From Emiliania huxleyi CCMP1516 (taxonomy: Eukaryota), in NCBI RefSeq assembly GCF_000372725.1, contig NW_005201613.1, forward strand, positions 216,290 to 280,289: a stretch of DNA of 64,000 bases, given 5' to 3'. A model generated the notes under the pieces. It saw only the letters and a list, made by a program, of their open reading frames with translations. It was not told the DNA's origin and did no database searches. The position numbers and the translations under genes were made by a program. Positions 41,701-53,090 of this stretch are shown piece after piece. Within the stretch, counting starts at the first letter, position 1; each line of letters begins with the position of its first letter.

Positions 41701-43705
41701 CGAAGACCGGATCGAGGTGTCTCTGCTCGACGGCATCGGGCGCAGGCACATGCTGACGTCGGTGCTGCCCGCCCTCGCCCCCTCGCACGCCCAGCTGGTG
41801 CCGTGGTTGGAGAGCGCGATGGACTCTGACGGCTCGACCGGAGTGGCGGTGCTCGAAGAGTTGATGCTGGCCGTCACCGCGCACGACCTCGAGGCGGCCG
41901 TGCCGGGGGGCGGGTGGAGGGACATCGTCGCCGCTGACGACTTTGACGCACCCAGATGGTTCCCTGAGGAGCTCGAGCGGCTGGTCGTCCCCGTCGACAC
42001 CATCGCGGGCTGGCACGCCGAGCACCGAGAACCGCAGGTGAGGGCGATGGTCGAGCTGGCCGGCGCCGATGCGCCAGGCCTCCGTGCGCTGCTGCAGGCG
42101 GGCAAGCGGCTGCGCCAGCCGGCTCGGCAGCTGTGCGAGTGGCGGGACGACCTGGCGGCGGCACTCGGCGGCGGCCCCGAGGCGAAGGCGGCGACGCGCG
42201 AGGCGGTGCGGCAGGCGCCGAGCTTCCTCACGGCGCCCCGGCCCGTCGCCGTGATCAAGGCCGTCGTCCAGCTCCTCGGCGGCGGCGAGGAGGCGATGGC
42301 GGCGACGCGCGAGGCGGTGCGGCAGGCGCCGACCTTCCTCACGGCGCCCCGGCCCGTCGCCGTGATCGAGGCCGTCGTCGAGCTCCTCGGCGGCGGCGAG
42401 GAGGCGAAGGCGGCGACGCGCGAGGCGGTGCGGCAGGCGCCGACCTTCCTCACGGCGCCCCGGCCCGTCGCCGTGATCGAGGCCGTCGTCCAGTGCCTCG
42501 GCGGCGACGAGGAGGCGATGGCGGCGACGCGCGAGGCGGTGCGGCAGGCGCCGACCTTCCTCAGGGCGCCCCAGCCCGCCGCCCTGATCAAGGCCGTCGT
42601 CGAGCTCCTCGGCGGCGACGAGGAGGCGAAGGCGGCGACGCGCGTGGCGGTGCGGCAGGCGCCGACCTTCCTCATGGCGCCCCAGCCCGTCGCCGTGATC
42701 GAGGCCGTCGTCCAGTGCCTCGGCGGCGGCGAGGAGGCGAAGGCGGCGACGCGCGTGGCGGTGCGGCAGGCGGCGAGCTTCCTCAAGGCGCCCCAGCCCG
42801 TCGCCGCCATCGAGGCCGTCGTCCAGTGCCTCGGCGGCGGCGAGGAGGCGAAGGCCGCGACGCGCGTGGCGGTGCGGCAGGCGCCGACCTTCCTCAGGGC
42901 GCCCCGGCCCGTCGCCGTGATCGAGGCCGTCGTCGAGCTCCTCGGCGGCGACGAGGAGGCGAAGGCGGCGACGCGCGTGGCGGTGCGGCAGGCGCCGAGC
43001 TTCCTCCGGGCGGCCCAGCCCGTCGCCGTGATCGAGGCCGTCGTCCAGTGCCTCGGCGGCGGCCCCGAGGCAAAGGCGGCGACGCGCGTGGCGGTCCGGC
43101 AGGCGCCGACCTTCCTCATGGCGCCCCAGCCCGTCGCCGTGATCGAGGCCGTCGTCCAGTGCCTCGGCGGCGGCGAGGAGGCGAAGGCGGCGACGCGCGT
43201 GGCGGTGCGGCAGGCGGCGAGCTTCCTCAAGGCGCCCCAGCCCGTCGCCGCCATCGAGGCCGTCGTCCAGTGCCTCGGCGGCGGCGAGGAGGCGAAGGCC
43301 GCGACGCGCGTGGCGGTGCGGCAGGCGCCGAGCTTCCTCCGGGCGGCCCAGCCTGTCGCCGTGATCGAGGCCGTCGTCCAGTGCCTCGGCGGCGGCGAGG
43401 AGGCGAAGGCGGCGACGCGCGTGGCGGTGCGGCAGGCGCCGAGCTTCCTCATGGCGGCTCGCCCTAAAGAAGTCATCGCTAAAATGGTCGCTGTGGCGGA
43501 ACAGCGATTGCCTCGTGATGAGGCCTTGCGCCTCGTGCGCTCCATGGTGAGCGAGACTCCGAGCCTGCTTGACGGCCGCTCGAATCACGTTGAGAAAGTC
43601 CGCCGCCGTTCCGAGGGGGAGGCGGGGCCCCGCAAGCGGAAGCGTGCCGATAACGCAAGCATCGCCGCCGCCTTTGCTGGCGCTTTCGCCGGCCAATCAC
43701 TGTGA
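38794..43705 (+). CDS. Predicted ~1600-aa fusion: FEN1/XPG-like 5' nuclease + H3TH, putative UDG-superfamily domain, 37-aa mTERF-like repeat array, NLS
   Basis: Exon 1 (38794-39456): MG..G, LIVDCS, FLLFEG, TENDH, FNDGDMLVHG. A phase-0 GT-AG intron at 39457-39553 joins it in frame to ORF 39566-43705, which has IVGRTD...GYRGLG (H3TH), VLVVCGRAA...STHHPEY (UDG-like), 12 repeats and PRKRKR. Confidence 0.75.
42163..43462 (+). repeat. 111-bp (37-aa) coding tandem repeat, 11 full units + 1 partial
   Basis: GTGATC recurs at 42251 and 42362; unit LGGGEEAKAATRVAVRQAP[ST]FLxAP[RQ]PVAVIEAVVQC. Confidence 0.97.
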
Positions 43706-44079
43706 TAGAGTATGTATACGTATACTCACATCGGTCACGTGAAATTGCGGCGGCGGAGACGGGCAGGGGCGGCGGTGCAGGAGTCGGCGGCGTGGGCGGC
43801 GGCGAGGGAAGCAGGAGCAGTGGCGGCGACGCGGCGGCGCGAGTGTTGAAGGAGTAGAATAGAATGCGGAGACGGCGACGGCGAAGGTGTAGAAGGTAGA
43901 AGCGGCAAGGGCGGCAGCGGCGAGGGGATGGCGGCGGCAACGGCGGCGATGGCGGCGGCGACGGCGATGGCGGCGGCGACGGCGGGGGCGGAGACGGCGG
44001 GGGCGGAGATGGTGGAGGCAGATCTCGGCGGAGGCAGCAAGGGCGGTGGGTGGGTGGGGATGAGTCTAGGGGTGGTTGT

Positions 44080-44112
<33 letters not shown>

Positions 44113-45685
44113 GGCGGCGGCAGCGTGGGCGGGATGGGTGCCGTGCGGCGGCGACGCAACGGAGGACGCAGCGACGAAGGACGCAGCGAAGAGGCGGCCG
44201 TGGGCTTGGTAGCGGAGGCGAGGGTAGCGGAGGCGACAGCGGGGAGCGTCGACGGCGCCAGTCGCGGAGAAGTAGGCGGCGACGAGACGGTAGGAGAGAG
44301 ACAGGGTAGGCAGTGACAGGGGTGGAAGCGATGGCAGTGGTGGCGCTGTAGTTGGCGGTGAGGGGCTGCGGCGAGGGGCTGCGGAGGGCCGCTCCACAAC
44401 TAGTCACCCTGACCGCCGCCACATCCTCATCCACAGCACCTTCGCCCTTCCAGGTCGCGGGTGTCGTACGCGATAAATTAACCAGTGAATCCAACGCTAC
44501 GACCGACGCAGTGCACATCAGGCTTGGAAAAACGAGGTCGCAGGGGAGGGATTCCAATCCCTGCCGTCGGAGGTAACAAGAACTTAATTCAACGCTGCGC
44601 TTGTCCGCCTCTTCAAGGTCTGGGGCTGTTTCGGGTGTAGGGGGTGGGGCGGGAGGCGAGCATGAGCGCGCCTCTTTCGTAGCAACTGCACGCAAGGTTG
44701 GCTGCTCGTGCCAGGGTGGCTCTGATCGGTCCTAAGCACGGCAACGTCTGCAGCACCGACGCCGTGCTCGCACAAACAGGCGGAGTGACGGCCCCGCCGG
44801 CGTGCCCACTTGACGACGTGCACCGGACAGAGTGGAGCTCCATCGCTGCATGTTAGTGGCACAGGCACAGCAGCACGAGAGCGGCCGCCTCGACGGCCAC
44901 ATCGAGGCGGCCGCCGAACCTATACCCCGTTGGAGGTAGGCCGCTCGTCTAGCCAATCAGCCTTAAGCGAGCGGCCTGGCCGTTGGAATGGCCGGGTGGA
45001 GAGAGGGGCGGAGTCGGCTCGGAAGCGCGACTGCAGCCACGGGGACTGCCCGCCCACTCTCGTCGGGTTGAGGGGAGGACGACTGTCTCTGACGGCGAAC
45101 CTCAGTTACGAGCCGCCCTCCCCTCGAGACGCGAGGCCAGCGCACTTGGGGCCGAGGCAGCCCCAGCGTACACCGCCCCACACGCCTCACGCGGCCTCTG
45201 GCTGGAGCGGGATCGCAAGCGAGTCCCCCGGGCCGGCGCGCGTCTTCCGAGAGAGGAGCAGGAGCGAGGGACATTCTTAGTAAGCCGGCATGCAGTGCAT
45301 GCACGGCCGTTCAGAAACTCTCCAGCCGTTGGAGTGGCTGCGCTCCCGCCCCTCACGCCGGGTGGACAAGCGGGGGGAGGTCAATGACCTGCCTATTCGC
45401 CCGACATGCCAGGCATGCCGACCTTTCGGAGCCCCCCCTCGTAGACGTGTGCCGCTGGGATCATTCCAGTACGCCCGAGGGCGACGGTCCCCCGGTAGTA
45501 GACGTTGGCGCCGAAGAGGGAGGAGTCGCCGAAGGACGGGTAGTCGTCGGTCATGCGGGGGGAGGAGGAGTCGGCGAGTAGCGGGGACGAGAACAGAAAT
45601 GCCTGAGAGGGTGGGGAGGGAGGCGTGAGGCGCAGGGCGTGGGGCGGGAGGGCGCGGGGCGCTCGTGTGAGGGCAGGGTGTGTTT

Positions 45686-45714
45686 TGTGTGTGTGTGTGT
45701 ATGTGTGTGTGTGT

Positions 45715-45785
<71 letters not shown>

Positions 45786-45797
45786 TTTGTTTGTTTG
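45686..45797. repeat. (TG)n / (TTTG)n microsatellite
   Basis: Direct reading. Confidence 0.95.
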
Positions 45798-45992
45798 TGC
45801 GAGGGCTGGGCGGGGCAGGGCAGGGCGGCGGCGAGCGGCGAGCGGCGTCGGCGAGATCGGCGACGAAGAGAGGCGATGGTGACGTACACGGCGGCAGTGT
45901 TCACGGCAGCAGCGCCGGTGGCGGCCCCGCGCAGCGGCGGCGGCGCCCTGAGTGAGGCAGACTGCCCTGCACAGGGGTTATGTGTGTGAGCA

Positions 45993-47214
45993 CTTGAGCA
46001 CTTGATAGGGTCGATTCCGCATGGTACGGGACCCCTCCGATCGTCTCGCCCACCCTCACTGGTGTGTTCATTGGGGGGGGGGGGGGTCATAACAAACACG
46101 GTACAGGATCGAGGTGCACGCTGCAGGGAAGCAGTGTCGTGGTCCCCCCTCTCCCCGACGGCGATGGCGGTGTGACCGATCGAGCTACAAGAGGAGCTTG
46201 TTCAGCAGGATCCGGGTTGGTCTGGCGCACTACCTCACTGGGCCTGAGCCACCGCACGACGCTTCCCGTCACCGTCGCGGGTTTGTGTGGGATCGAACCA
46301 CTCCGGGATGGGCAAGCCCATCGTTCTGAGTTGTGCCTTTCCCTCACCTGCAGGGTGTAGCAAGAGGGTATGTGCTCCGCGTTGTCCGGACAGGAGGGTG
46401 TGGGGGGGGGGGGGGGGGCTCTTCCCGCGCCGGCCATCCAAAGGAAAAGAAATAACGAGTTCGCCTCCGGTATGTTCGGTCTAATTAAAATGAATGTTCG
46501 TAAGAGCTTTAAGTACACTAAAAAGAAGAAAATGACCAACAGCCTCAGGGAAAAAGAATTACATACGCCCTCTCAGTGTGAGGTGACAAACTGCACTCCA
46601 AGTGCTCCCACAGAGTCTCCAACAAGAGAGTGATCCTCGCTCGCTTCGAGTCTTCGTTCACGGAGACCCGTTCGGATCCGCGGGAAAACAATTACTTACC
46701 GCGTACCAAAACGTACATCAAGCATGCTTGGTGGACTTGCGTTGATGGCCACGCCCCAGGCAGGCGCCGCCGGCAGGCAACAACTGACTGCGATCCACGC
46801 TATCTGGACGTGCGCGAGGATGTCTCAGACTAGGTCTCAGATGCATGCGGCCGCCTCTCACAGCAGTCCCCGGCACAACCGCGGCGTCAAAACAGGATCT
46901 GGGCCAGCGTCTCTCAGGGGTTCTGACATTCCCAGTTGCCCCGCTCCTTCCCTCTTCCTGTCTTGAAGTCTCCCTCCGAGCCACGGACGGACTTGACTCT
47001 TGAGCACTTGAGTCATCTTGAGCACTTGATAGGGTCGATTCCGCATGGTACGGGACCCCTCGATCGTCTCGCCCTCCCTCACTGGTGTGTTCATTGGGGG
47101 GGGGTCATAACAAACACGGTACAGGATCGAGGTGCACGCTGCCAAAGCAGTGTCGTCCCCCCTCTCCCCGACGGCGATGGCGGTGTGACCGATCGAGCTA
47201 CAAGAGGAACTTGT
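45993..47214. repeat. Pair of ~200-bp direct repeats (45993-46202 and 47017-47214)
   Basis: CTTGAGCACTTGATAGGGTCGATTCCGCATGGTACGGGACCCC...GACCGATCGAGCTACAAGAGGA.CTTGTT present twice with few indels. Confidence 0.9.
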
Positions 47215-47805
47215 TGGTTGTTCTGTGCAGGCCGAGGCAGGATCCAGAACTAATCAACACACACAGCACGTCCTGCCAAGCGCCAAGGAAGGCGACACTG
47301 CACTGAATAGAGGACAGCGATGACAGTGTTGGTTACAGCAGAAAGATTACTCAATTCTCTCCACTACAAAAAAAGTCCGATGGGGAACCGACATCATGGC
47401 CCCGAAAGCCGTACTCTCTAGGTAAGGTGCGGGAGCTCCACAAACCAGGTTCCCCATGCCGCTCAAGGTAGGGGCCTCCATGCCGCTCACGGCAGAGGCG
47501 TCGTCACACCACCGCGATTCGGTGGGGTGCGTGCTGTCTGCTTGCTTTGGACAGCAATGCCGGCCAGCATCGAGGAGAGCCACTCACTGCCCGAGTGGGA
47601 GCTTACACGTAGAGCGAGCATGTGTGCCTGGCGGTATGCGCTGGATGTCTTGCCATGCGACTTTGGCGGTGGAACGAGACCCGTACGTCACCAACCTCGT
47701 CCTCGAGCAGGCGTTTACCCTACTGAGCCTAAAGTCTTCACTCTGCTAAGTAAGGCTTCCCCCCCGCGTTGTGTACCCCCGATTGGAGCTCCACAGCTCC
47801 ACAAA

Positions 47806-48546
47806 CTACGCTCGGCCCTCCACGTAGAGCGACCGATCCGCTTGGTCAGCCTCTGAATGGCAGCCGCCAGGGCCCTCGAACGAGTACTCGCCACTCCGGC
47901 TGCGGTTGTAGGCGGATTCGTATGCGGTGCGGAAGCCAGCGCGATGAAAGTCTTTGATCATCGTCTCCGCGTCCCACGCATTTTGATGTGCCAGCCCTGT
48001 TCCTCCAAGCTGGTCTGGTTGGTGTGAGACGGAGAGAAAATCTGACCGCAGCAGTTCAAAAGGGGTCCAATTGTGCCCGCTATGCTGGATGCGACGCCGG
48101 CGTTGGAAGAGGCTGAAGTTGTTGTCGCCGGCGAGATAATGCTGCATCGTCACCCGCGGGTTGGGCGTGATGACCCGCAGAAAACCTCCAGGGAGCAGCA
48201 CGCGATGGAACTCCTTGAAAATACGAGGCGAAACGTGCATGGGCGTGTGCTCCATCGTGTGCGACGCATAGATCGCGCCAACAGAGTCATCAGGGAGGGG
48301 CAACCCTTTGAAGTTGGCGAAGTACACCACATAGTCTGCCCATTCCTTCACCATGTCAACCGTCTTCCATTTCCGATGGTCGACAGCTGTGCACCGTGCC
48401 CAATTTGGCCCAGGCCCGATTACAAGATTGATCGAGCGAGGCAGCATCGTCCCTCCCGCTCTACCCCTGAATGTTTGCTTCTGTCCCACGGGAGCGGCCT
48501 GCGTTGGGCCAAAGAAGAGCAACGACGAAAGGACGATGAGGCGCAT
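47806..48546 (-). CDS. Class I SAM-dependent methyltransferase (type 11-like) with a signal peptide
   Basis: MRLIVLSSLLFFGPTQA; NLVIGPG; GLPLPDDSVGAIYASHTMEH; EFHRVLLPGGFLRVITP. Confidence 0.85.
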   Translation of the reverse strand: MRLIVLSSLLFFGPTQAAPVGQKQTFRGRAGGTMLPRSINLVIGPGPNWARCTAVDHRKWKTVDMVKEWADYVVYFANFKGLPLPDDSVGAIYASHTMEHTPMHVSPRIFKEFHRVLLPGGFLRVITPNPRVTMQHYLAGDNNFSLFQRRRRIQHSGHNWTPFELLRSDFLSVSHQPDQLGGTGLAHQNAWDAETMIKDFHRAGFRTAYESAYNRSRSGEYSFEGPGGCHSEADQADRSLYVEGRA

Positions 48547-49098
48547 TAGCGGGGCAGGAGCGCGCAGCTAAAGTGAGTGCTAGGGGCTCCTCGATCCTGC
48601 CTCGAGCGATCCCCTTTGCTCACGATCAAAAAAGAACGCGGGCTGAGCGGTGGTGCCCTCGGCCGAGTCCTTCTGCTGCGCCTCGCCCATGATCGTGTCG
48701 GCCGTCTCCGTCTCGTGCACGATGGCGTCCGAGCGCAAAGCCGCGAGCGGCGTCGGCAGGAGGTTGGTCGCGAGGAGTCCAGCGCGGCGCCCGCGCCTAC
48801 TTGGCCTGTCCAAGGGTTTCCTCGCCCCTCTGTTTCCTTTCCGTGTTTCCTGCTAGTTTCCCTAGAGCCCCCTCTATTTCCCGGGCTCTGAGCCGAGTCT
48901 GAGGCTGGCGTTTGGGCGGCCCCAAAAGCCAAATCGGCAAAATCGGCAAAATACCGGGGTATTTTGCGGGTACCTGGAAAACCCCCGGGTATACCTAGAA
49001 AATACCCGGGTAGTTTGCCGATTTCCTAAATTTTGCCCCAGAAGTGCCAGATTTTGCCCCAGACCAGCTCTCAGTACTCAGACTCAGGGCTGAGGGAG

Positions 49099-49265
49099 GG
49101 TGTAGAGGATGTAGAGTGTAGAGCGCTGTAGAGCTGTAGAGATGTAGAGCGCTCTGGGGCGCTGTAGAGCTGTAGAGCTCTACATTCGGCGCGGGACAGA
49201 GCGATGCAGATGTAGAGCGATGTAGAGCGCGATTTTGCTGTAGAGTTTGTTGTAGAGGCTCTACA
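49099..49265. repeat. Degenerate (TGTAGAG)n minisatellite
   Basis: Many TGTAGAG units, with inverted CTCTACA copies. Confidence 0.85.
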
Positions 49266-49681
49266 GCCAAACCGCCGGGGCGGGGTGGGGTTGGGAGAGG
49301 AGACGGCAGTGAGCGGCGGCGATCGGTGGCCAGCGGGCACGCGGCGACCGAGCGCGACGCGCACCAGCTCAAGACGTCGCGCGAGGGTGTCGTCCCTGCG
49401 GTGGCACACGAGGGGATGAGCGGCGGCCGGTCTCGGCGCCGACAGCGCGTGCGAGGAGAGCGGAGGCGGCAGAGGGCGGGCGAAGAGGCAGAGGGCGTTA
49501 CCCTGTGTGGCGGGCGGCAGTCCAGAGTTCACCCGGAAGCTCCAGACTTCACCCACAGGGCCACACCTACCTGTGTCCTCCTTGCGTCGGTTTCAGACGA
49601 CTGTAAAAAAACTTCGATCAAGGCAAGGGTCCTGTGGCACTCGTTGACGACGCGAGGACTTAGCTCACGGCCTGCGGCGCT

Positions 49682-52210
49682 ATGCAGGCCGACGCCTCCG
49701 TGCCGTGGATTTCACACCTTTTCAGGACGGGCGAGGCGCTCGCGCTGCAGGCGCTCGCGAGCGACTACACCGTCTCGCTGCAGCACGACGCGTGCGGAAG
49801 CAGCGTCGAGCACTCTATCCGCGACGCCGAGGGCGAGAAGCTCGGGCCGTCGTTCCGGTACAAGGTGCTCGGGGTGTTCGGAGTCGAGGGCCGCTGCGTG
49901 GCGTTTGCGCCGCACCACACGCCCGGCACGCTTGTTCTCGCCTTTCGCGGCACACGCGTCGACAGCAACGCCGCCTCGAGGCCGGGCCGCGGGCAGGCGG
50001 CGCCGCCGTCCGAGGACATCAAGGCGCTGCTCAACTCGTCGATGGTGGGCGTCAAGTGGCTTCCGGACGCGGCGATGCGCGTGCACGCCGGCGTGCACCG
50101 CCACCACGCCGACTTGTGGGACGCTGAGCACTCGACGCGCGGCTCCTCCCTCCGGTTGGACCAGCTCGGCGAGGGCCTTGGCGGCTGGCTCGCCGGGCTG
50201 TGTGGCGCGGACGCGCCGCAGCAGATCGTCTTCGTCGGCCTGTCGCTGGGCGCGGCGCTGGCGCAGATGTCCGCCCTCCGCCTCGCGAGCGAGCAGCCGC
50301 AGCTCGCGGCGCGCACCAGCGTCCTCGGCCTGGGCAGCTTTCAGTTTGCCAACGCGGATGTCGGCCGGCTGTTTGAGTCGCTGTACGGGGAGCGGGCGGC
50401 GCAGCTGGTCACCGCTCGCCGCATGCCCGCCCGCCCTCCGCCGCAGGTTGGCTGGTGGGTCCAGGAGCCTAGAAGCGGAATGCGCGTTCCTGTCTCCCAG
50501 CCAGCACTCGAGAGGACACGTAGTCAACTGCACTCCGCTGTGTTCCACTGCCTTCACTGTCTTCTACCCCGGTGTATTCACGCGGTGCTCCGAATACGCC
50601 GCACAGCCGCCCTCCCGCCCTCATGTCGGCGTATCCACCACGCAGGTCCAGGAGCCGCCGCGCGATGACGAGGCCCAGGCGGAGGCGCTCGTCGCCGCCG
50701 CGGTTCGCCGAACCTAGAAGCCGGATCCGGAGTCTGGTCTCCCAACTAGCGCTCGAGAGCACGGACTCGGGCTTTCAAATTGCTGATTTCGACAACTCAT
50801 CCTTCTCCGCTGCCGTCGTCTGTACTCGTATCTCCCGCGTCTTCACGCGGCGCTCTGAAGACTCTGCACGACACCGTCCTCCCGCCCCGAGGTTGGGTGT
50901 GTTCCGTCACGCAGGTCGCCGACGCCTCCTCTGGCGCCGCGCCGCGCCGCCGGATGCGAGGGATGCGCCCCTCGGGCGCCGGCCGCGCCGCTGCGGCGGA
51001 GGAGCCGTCGGAGCACGAGGTGCGCTCCTCGCTCGGCTCGAGGACGAGGGCGGCGGAGGTGCTGGCGCGCGCCGAGCTCGCGCGCGGCTGGCTCGCCGTC
51101 CGTAGAAGCGGAAGACGGGCGTTCTACTGTCGTCCCACGGGAGCTCGGGAGGACAGTTCCGGGACACTTCCCACGGGCGCTCGGGAGGACACGTGTGGAG
51201 GACACGTATTCGACTGCACTCGCCCGTATTCAGCCGGACTCCTTGTACTCGTAGCCGTTGCACTCCGCTCGGCACGAGACCCATCTCTCCCCAGATCTCC
51301 CCAGATCTCCCCAGATCTCCCCAGATCTCGTGCACTCCCGTGGTACGCTGAATGCTCGGTACGAGACCTGTGCTCCCGCCTCGACAGCTCCTCACCACAC
51401 CCGGCTCAGCTCTGTCGAGGTACTCCCAGCCTGCTGTGGGAACAGCTGACGCAGCCTCGCCGAGGGCTCGCCCCAGCATGACTCGGCCAGCATGAAACCC
51501 CGAGAGGCGTGGAAGTATCTCGCCAGGCTCAGCTCTGTCTGTCGCCTCGCCAGCTCGTGCACACCAGATCACACACAGAAGAGTGGGGGCCGGGGGGCGG
51601 CGAATGCTCGGCACGAGACCCGTGCTCCCGCCGCAAGTGCCCCACACGCCCCGTCAGCGGCGCACACCCGCACGGTAGGCTTGCCGTCGACCCAATCACC
51701 GCCGCGTTTGGGGAGACCGTGCCCCTCCACGGCATCCTGTTTTTGCGCGCCGACGTCGCCGACGAGTGCGACGACGCCTCCGCGCACGAGGCGGCGGCGC
51801 AGCCGCTCCCTGCCCGCGCGGGCGGGCTGGTTGCTCCGCCGACGGCGCTCGCCGCGCTCATGGCTGGGCGGATGGCCAAGCAGCACGCTCTCCGCCTCGA
51901 CTACCTGGAGCTTCACCTCGCGCGCCACTACCGTGAGGACCACCCGAGATCACCCGAGATCACCCGAGATCACCCGAGATCACACGAGATCACCCGAGCT
52001 CACCCGAGCGTGTCCGCTAGAGTGCCCGAGAGACACTCGCGCGCCGCAATGCGAGACGACACTCACAAGACACCTTTTTTACGCCCCCCTCCCCGCCCCC
52101 CGGCAGTACTTCCCTTGGTATGGCCGAGATGGCTTCCTCGCGAACCTGCTCCCCTATGGCACCCCGGCCACTGGCGTTGGCCTCTTCGGCTCCATACGCT
52201 CTCCTATGAG
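49682..52210 (+). CDS. Class 3 lipase (alpha/beta hydrolase), multi-exon; ends approximate
   Basis: LVLAFRGT, RVHAGV, IVFVGLSLGAALAQM (GxSxG); a later exon has AVDPITA and LELHLARHY (candidate Asp and His). Confidence 0.75.
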
Positions 52211-52399
52211 TCCGTGGGTTCGCGCGATTTTCGCCTTCCGACCTCTTTCGTGTGGGACCGGCCATCCCAGCTTGGGATACCCCCGAAGTCTTCCCTCTGC
52301 TTTGGGGCGGCCTTCTTATGAACAAGCCCTTTTTCTGAGCCGGGTGTAATTCCAAATTCCTCCGATACCGCGGGGAGCCACCCAGGGGGGACTCCCCGC

Positions 52400-53090
52400 N
52401 NNNNNNNNNNNNNNNNNNNNNNNNNNNNNNNNNNNNNNNNNNNNNNNNNNNNNNNNNNNNNNNNNNNNNNNNNNNNNNNNNNNNNNNNNNNNNNNNNNNN
52501 NNNNNNNNNNNNNNNNNNNNNNNNNNNNNNNNNNNNNNNNNNNNNNNNNNNNNNNNNNNNNNNNNNNNNNNNNNNNNNNNNNNNNNNNNNNNNNNNNNNN
52601 NNNNNNNNNNNNNNNNNNNNNNNNNNNNNNNNNNNNNNNNNNNNNNNNNNNNNNNNNNNNNNNNNNNNNNNNNNNNNNNNNNNNNNNNNNNNNNNNNNNN
52701 NNNNNNNNNNNNNNNNNNNNNNNNNNNNNNNNNNNNNNNNNNNNNNNNNNNNNNNNNNNNNNNNNNNNNNNNNNNNNNNNNNNNNNNNNNNNNNNNNNNN
52801 NNNNNNNNNNNNNNNNNNNNNNNNNNNNNNNNNNNNNNNNNNNNNNNNNNNNNNNNNNNNNNNNNNNNNNNNNNNNNNNNNNNNNNNNNNNNNNNNNNNN
52901 NNNNNNNNNNNNNNNNNNNNNNNNNNNNNNNNNNNNNNNNNNNNNNNNNNNNNNNNNNNNNNNNNNNNNNNNNNNNNNNNNNNNNNNNNNNNNNNNNNNN
53001 NNNNNNNNNNNNNNNNNNNNNNNNNNNNNNNNNNNNNNNNNNNNNNNNNNNNNNNNNNNNNNNNNNNNNNNNNNNNNNNNNNNNNNNNNN
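52400..53090. other. Assembly gap (N run)
   Basis: Run of n characters. Confidence 1.

Noticed and set aside
42163..43462. Regular DNA repeats here and at 9957-10925 as CRISPR arrays
   Set aside because: Units are contiguous, multiples of 3 and in-frame coding, with no unique spacers and no cas genes; the context is eukaryotic.
41060..43696. Long antisense and alternate-frame ORFs (878, 640, 444 aa) over the repeat array; likewise 9753-11294
   Set aside because: Shadow ORFs caused by high GC and repeat periodicity opposite a clearly coding frame.
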